Positions 60,250 through 64,000 of a stretch of DNA of 64,000 bases are shown here, in pieces. The DNA comes from the human T2T-CHM13v2.0 reference genome, Homo sapiens: assembly GCF_009914755.1 (NCBI RefSeq), contig NC_060925.1. One strand, 5' to 3'. The notes below the pieces were generated by a model. It was given only the letters and a program-made list of their open reading frames with translations. It ran no database searches and was not told the origin of the DNA. How positions within the stretch are numbered: position 1 is the stretch's first letter; every line of letters begins with the position of its first letter. The position numbers and the translations under genes are program-made.

Positions 60250-60329
60250 TACAAAATGGATCTGTACATCAAAAGGATGGATTAAACGATGATGATTTTG
60301 AACCTTACTTGAGTCCACAGGCAAGGCCC
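60250..60329 (+). CDS. YTHDF2: YTHDF2 coding exon 3: VQNGSVHQKDGLNDDDFEPYLSPQARP; the gene continues beyond the window
   Basis: Acceptor ttctttag|TA, donor CCC|gtgagt. Carries the DFEPYL motif shared by YTHDF proteins. Exons total 27+25+80=132 nt, or 44 codons. Confidence 0.97.
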
Positions 60330-60421
60330 GTGAGTAGTTAACTATTTACATATCTAATCGAAGGGTGTGGTATATTCTTTCTCCGCCTTCTACCAATAAA
60401 TCCCATTTTCTGAGGATTCAT

Positions 60422-63584
<3,163 letters not shown>

Positions 63585-64000
63585 ATATTTCTCATTTTAC
63601 ATCCTCCAGAAACCACTGTGCATTTCCTTTTCAGGTTATAACTGAGTAGTGGGATCTATTGATATTCCCAGATAGTTTGCCAAGAGGCTAGCACTATAAA
63701 CTGGTAGTGAACCTTGCTTTTTGGTTTATGATTGAGGAACGGCTGTACAGACATTTGGGCTAGAACTTGAAATTTCCATTTCTTTTTGTTATTCTTGTTT
63801 TATTATCACCTGGTTTGTGTAGGAAGTTGATAAAAGGATTATCTCAACACTCAGGACTTAAACAGTTTGTGAAATGCTAAGTTTTCTCTTTACTTAGTTG
63901 TAGTGCTAAAGCTAAGGCCCATATTCACTGTATCAGCTTAACTTTAAATGTTTAAACATTTCAGTTATTACACCAAAATTTCTTATGATATAAAAAATGC

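Overview
This is human genomic DNA: it carries an AluYa5 with all five diagnostic bases, and the genes match the GMEB1-YTHDF2 locus on chr1p35. The + strand holds all nine coding exons of GMEB1, a SAND/KDWK-domain transcription factor (ATG 5584, TAA 36764; 573 or 563 aa depending on the exon-3 acceptor). Its 3'UTR is about 4.6 kb and contains Alus. About 17 kb of repeat-rich intergenic DNA follows, then the CpG-island promoter and first three coding exons (aa 1-44) of the m6A reader YTHDF2. By eye, over half the window is Alu, with L1, L2, MIR, MER8, MER63-like and MER21-like remnants. Almost all entries in the ORF track are Alu or GC-rich artefacts. The most notable hidden element is a 130-nt retroposed box H/ACA scaRNA copy (11660-11789, ACA12/SCARNA23-like) in GMEB1 intron 2. 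It lies in sense orientation, keeps a U6 Psi40 guide pocket, and sits at a target site reused by several retrotransposition events. Other candidates are a start-stop uORF before the GMEB1 ATG, a poison/terminal exon after the SAND domain, a polyA choice that switches inverted Alus in or out of the 3'UTR, a gene-conversion tract between inverted Alus, and a recursive-splice/poison-exon motif in YTHDF2 intron 3. I cannot show a wholly new biological system from sequence alone; these are testable candidates. Repeat family names come from recalled consensus sequences, not from a search.
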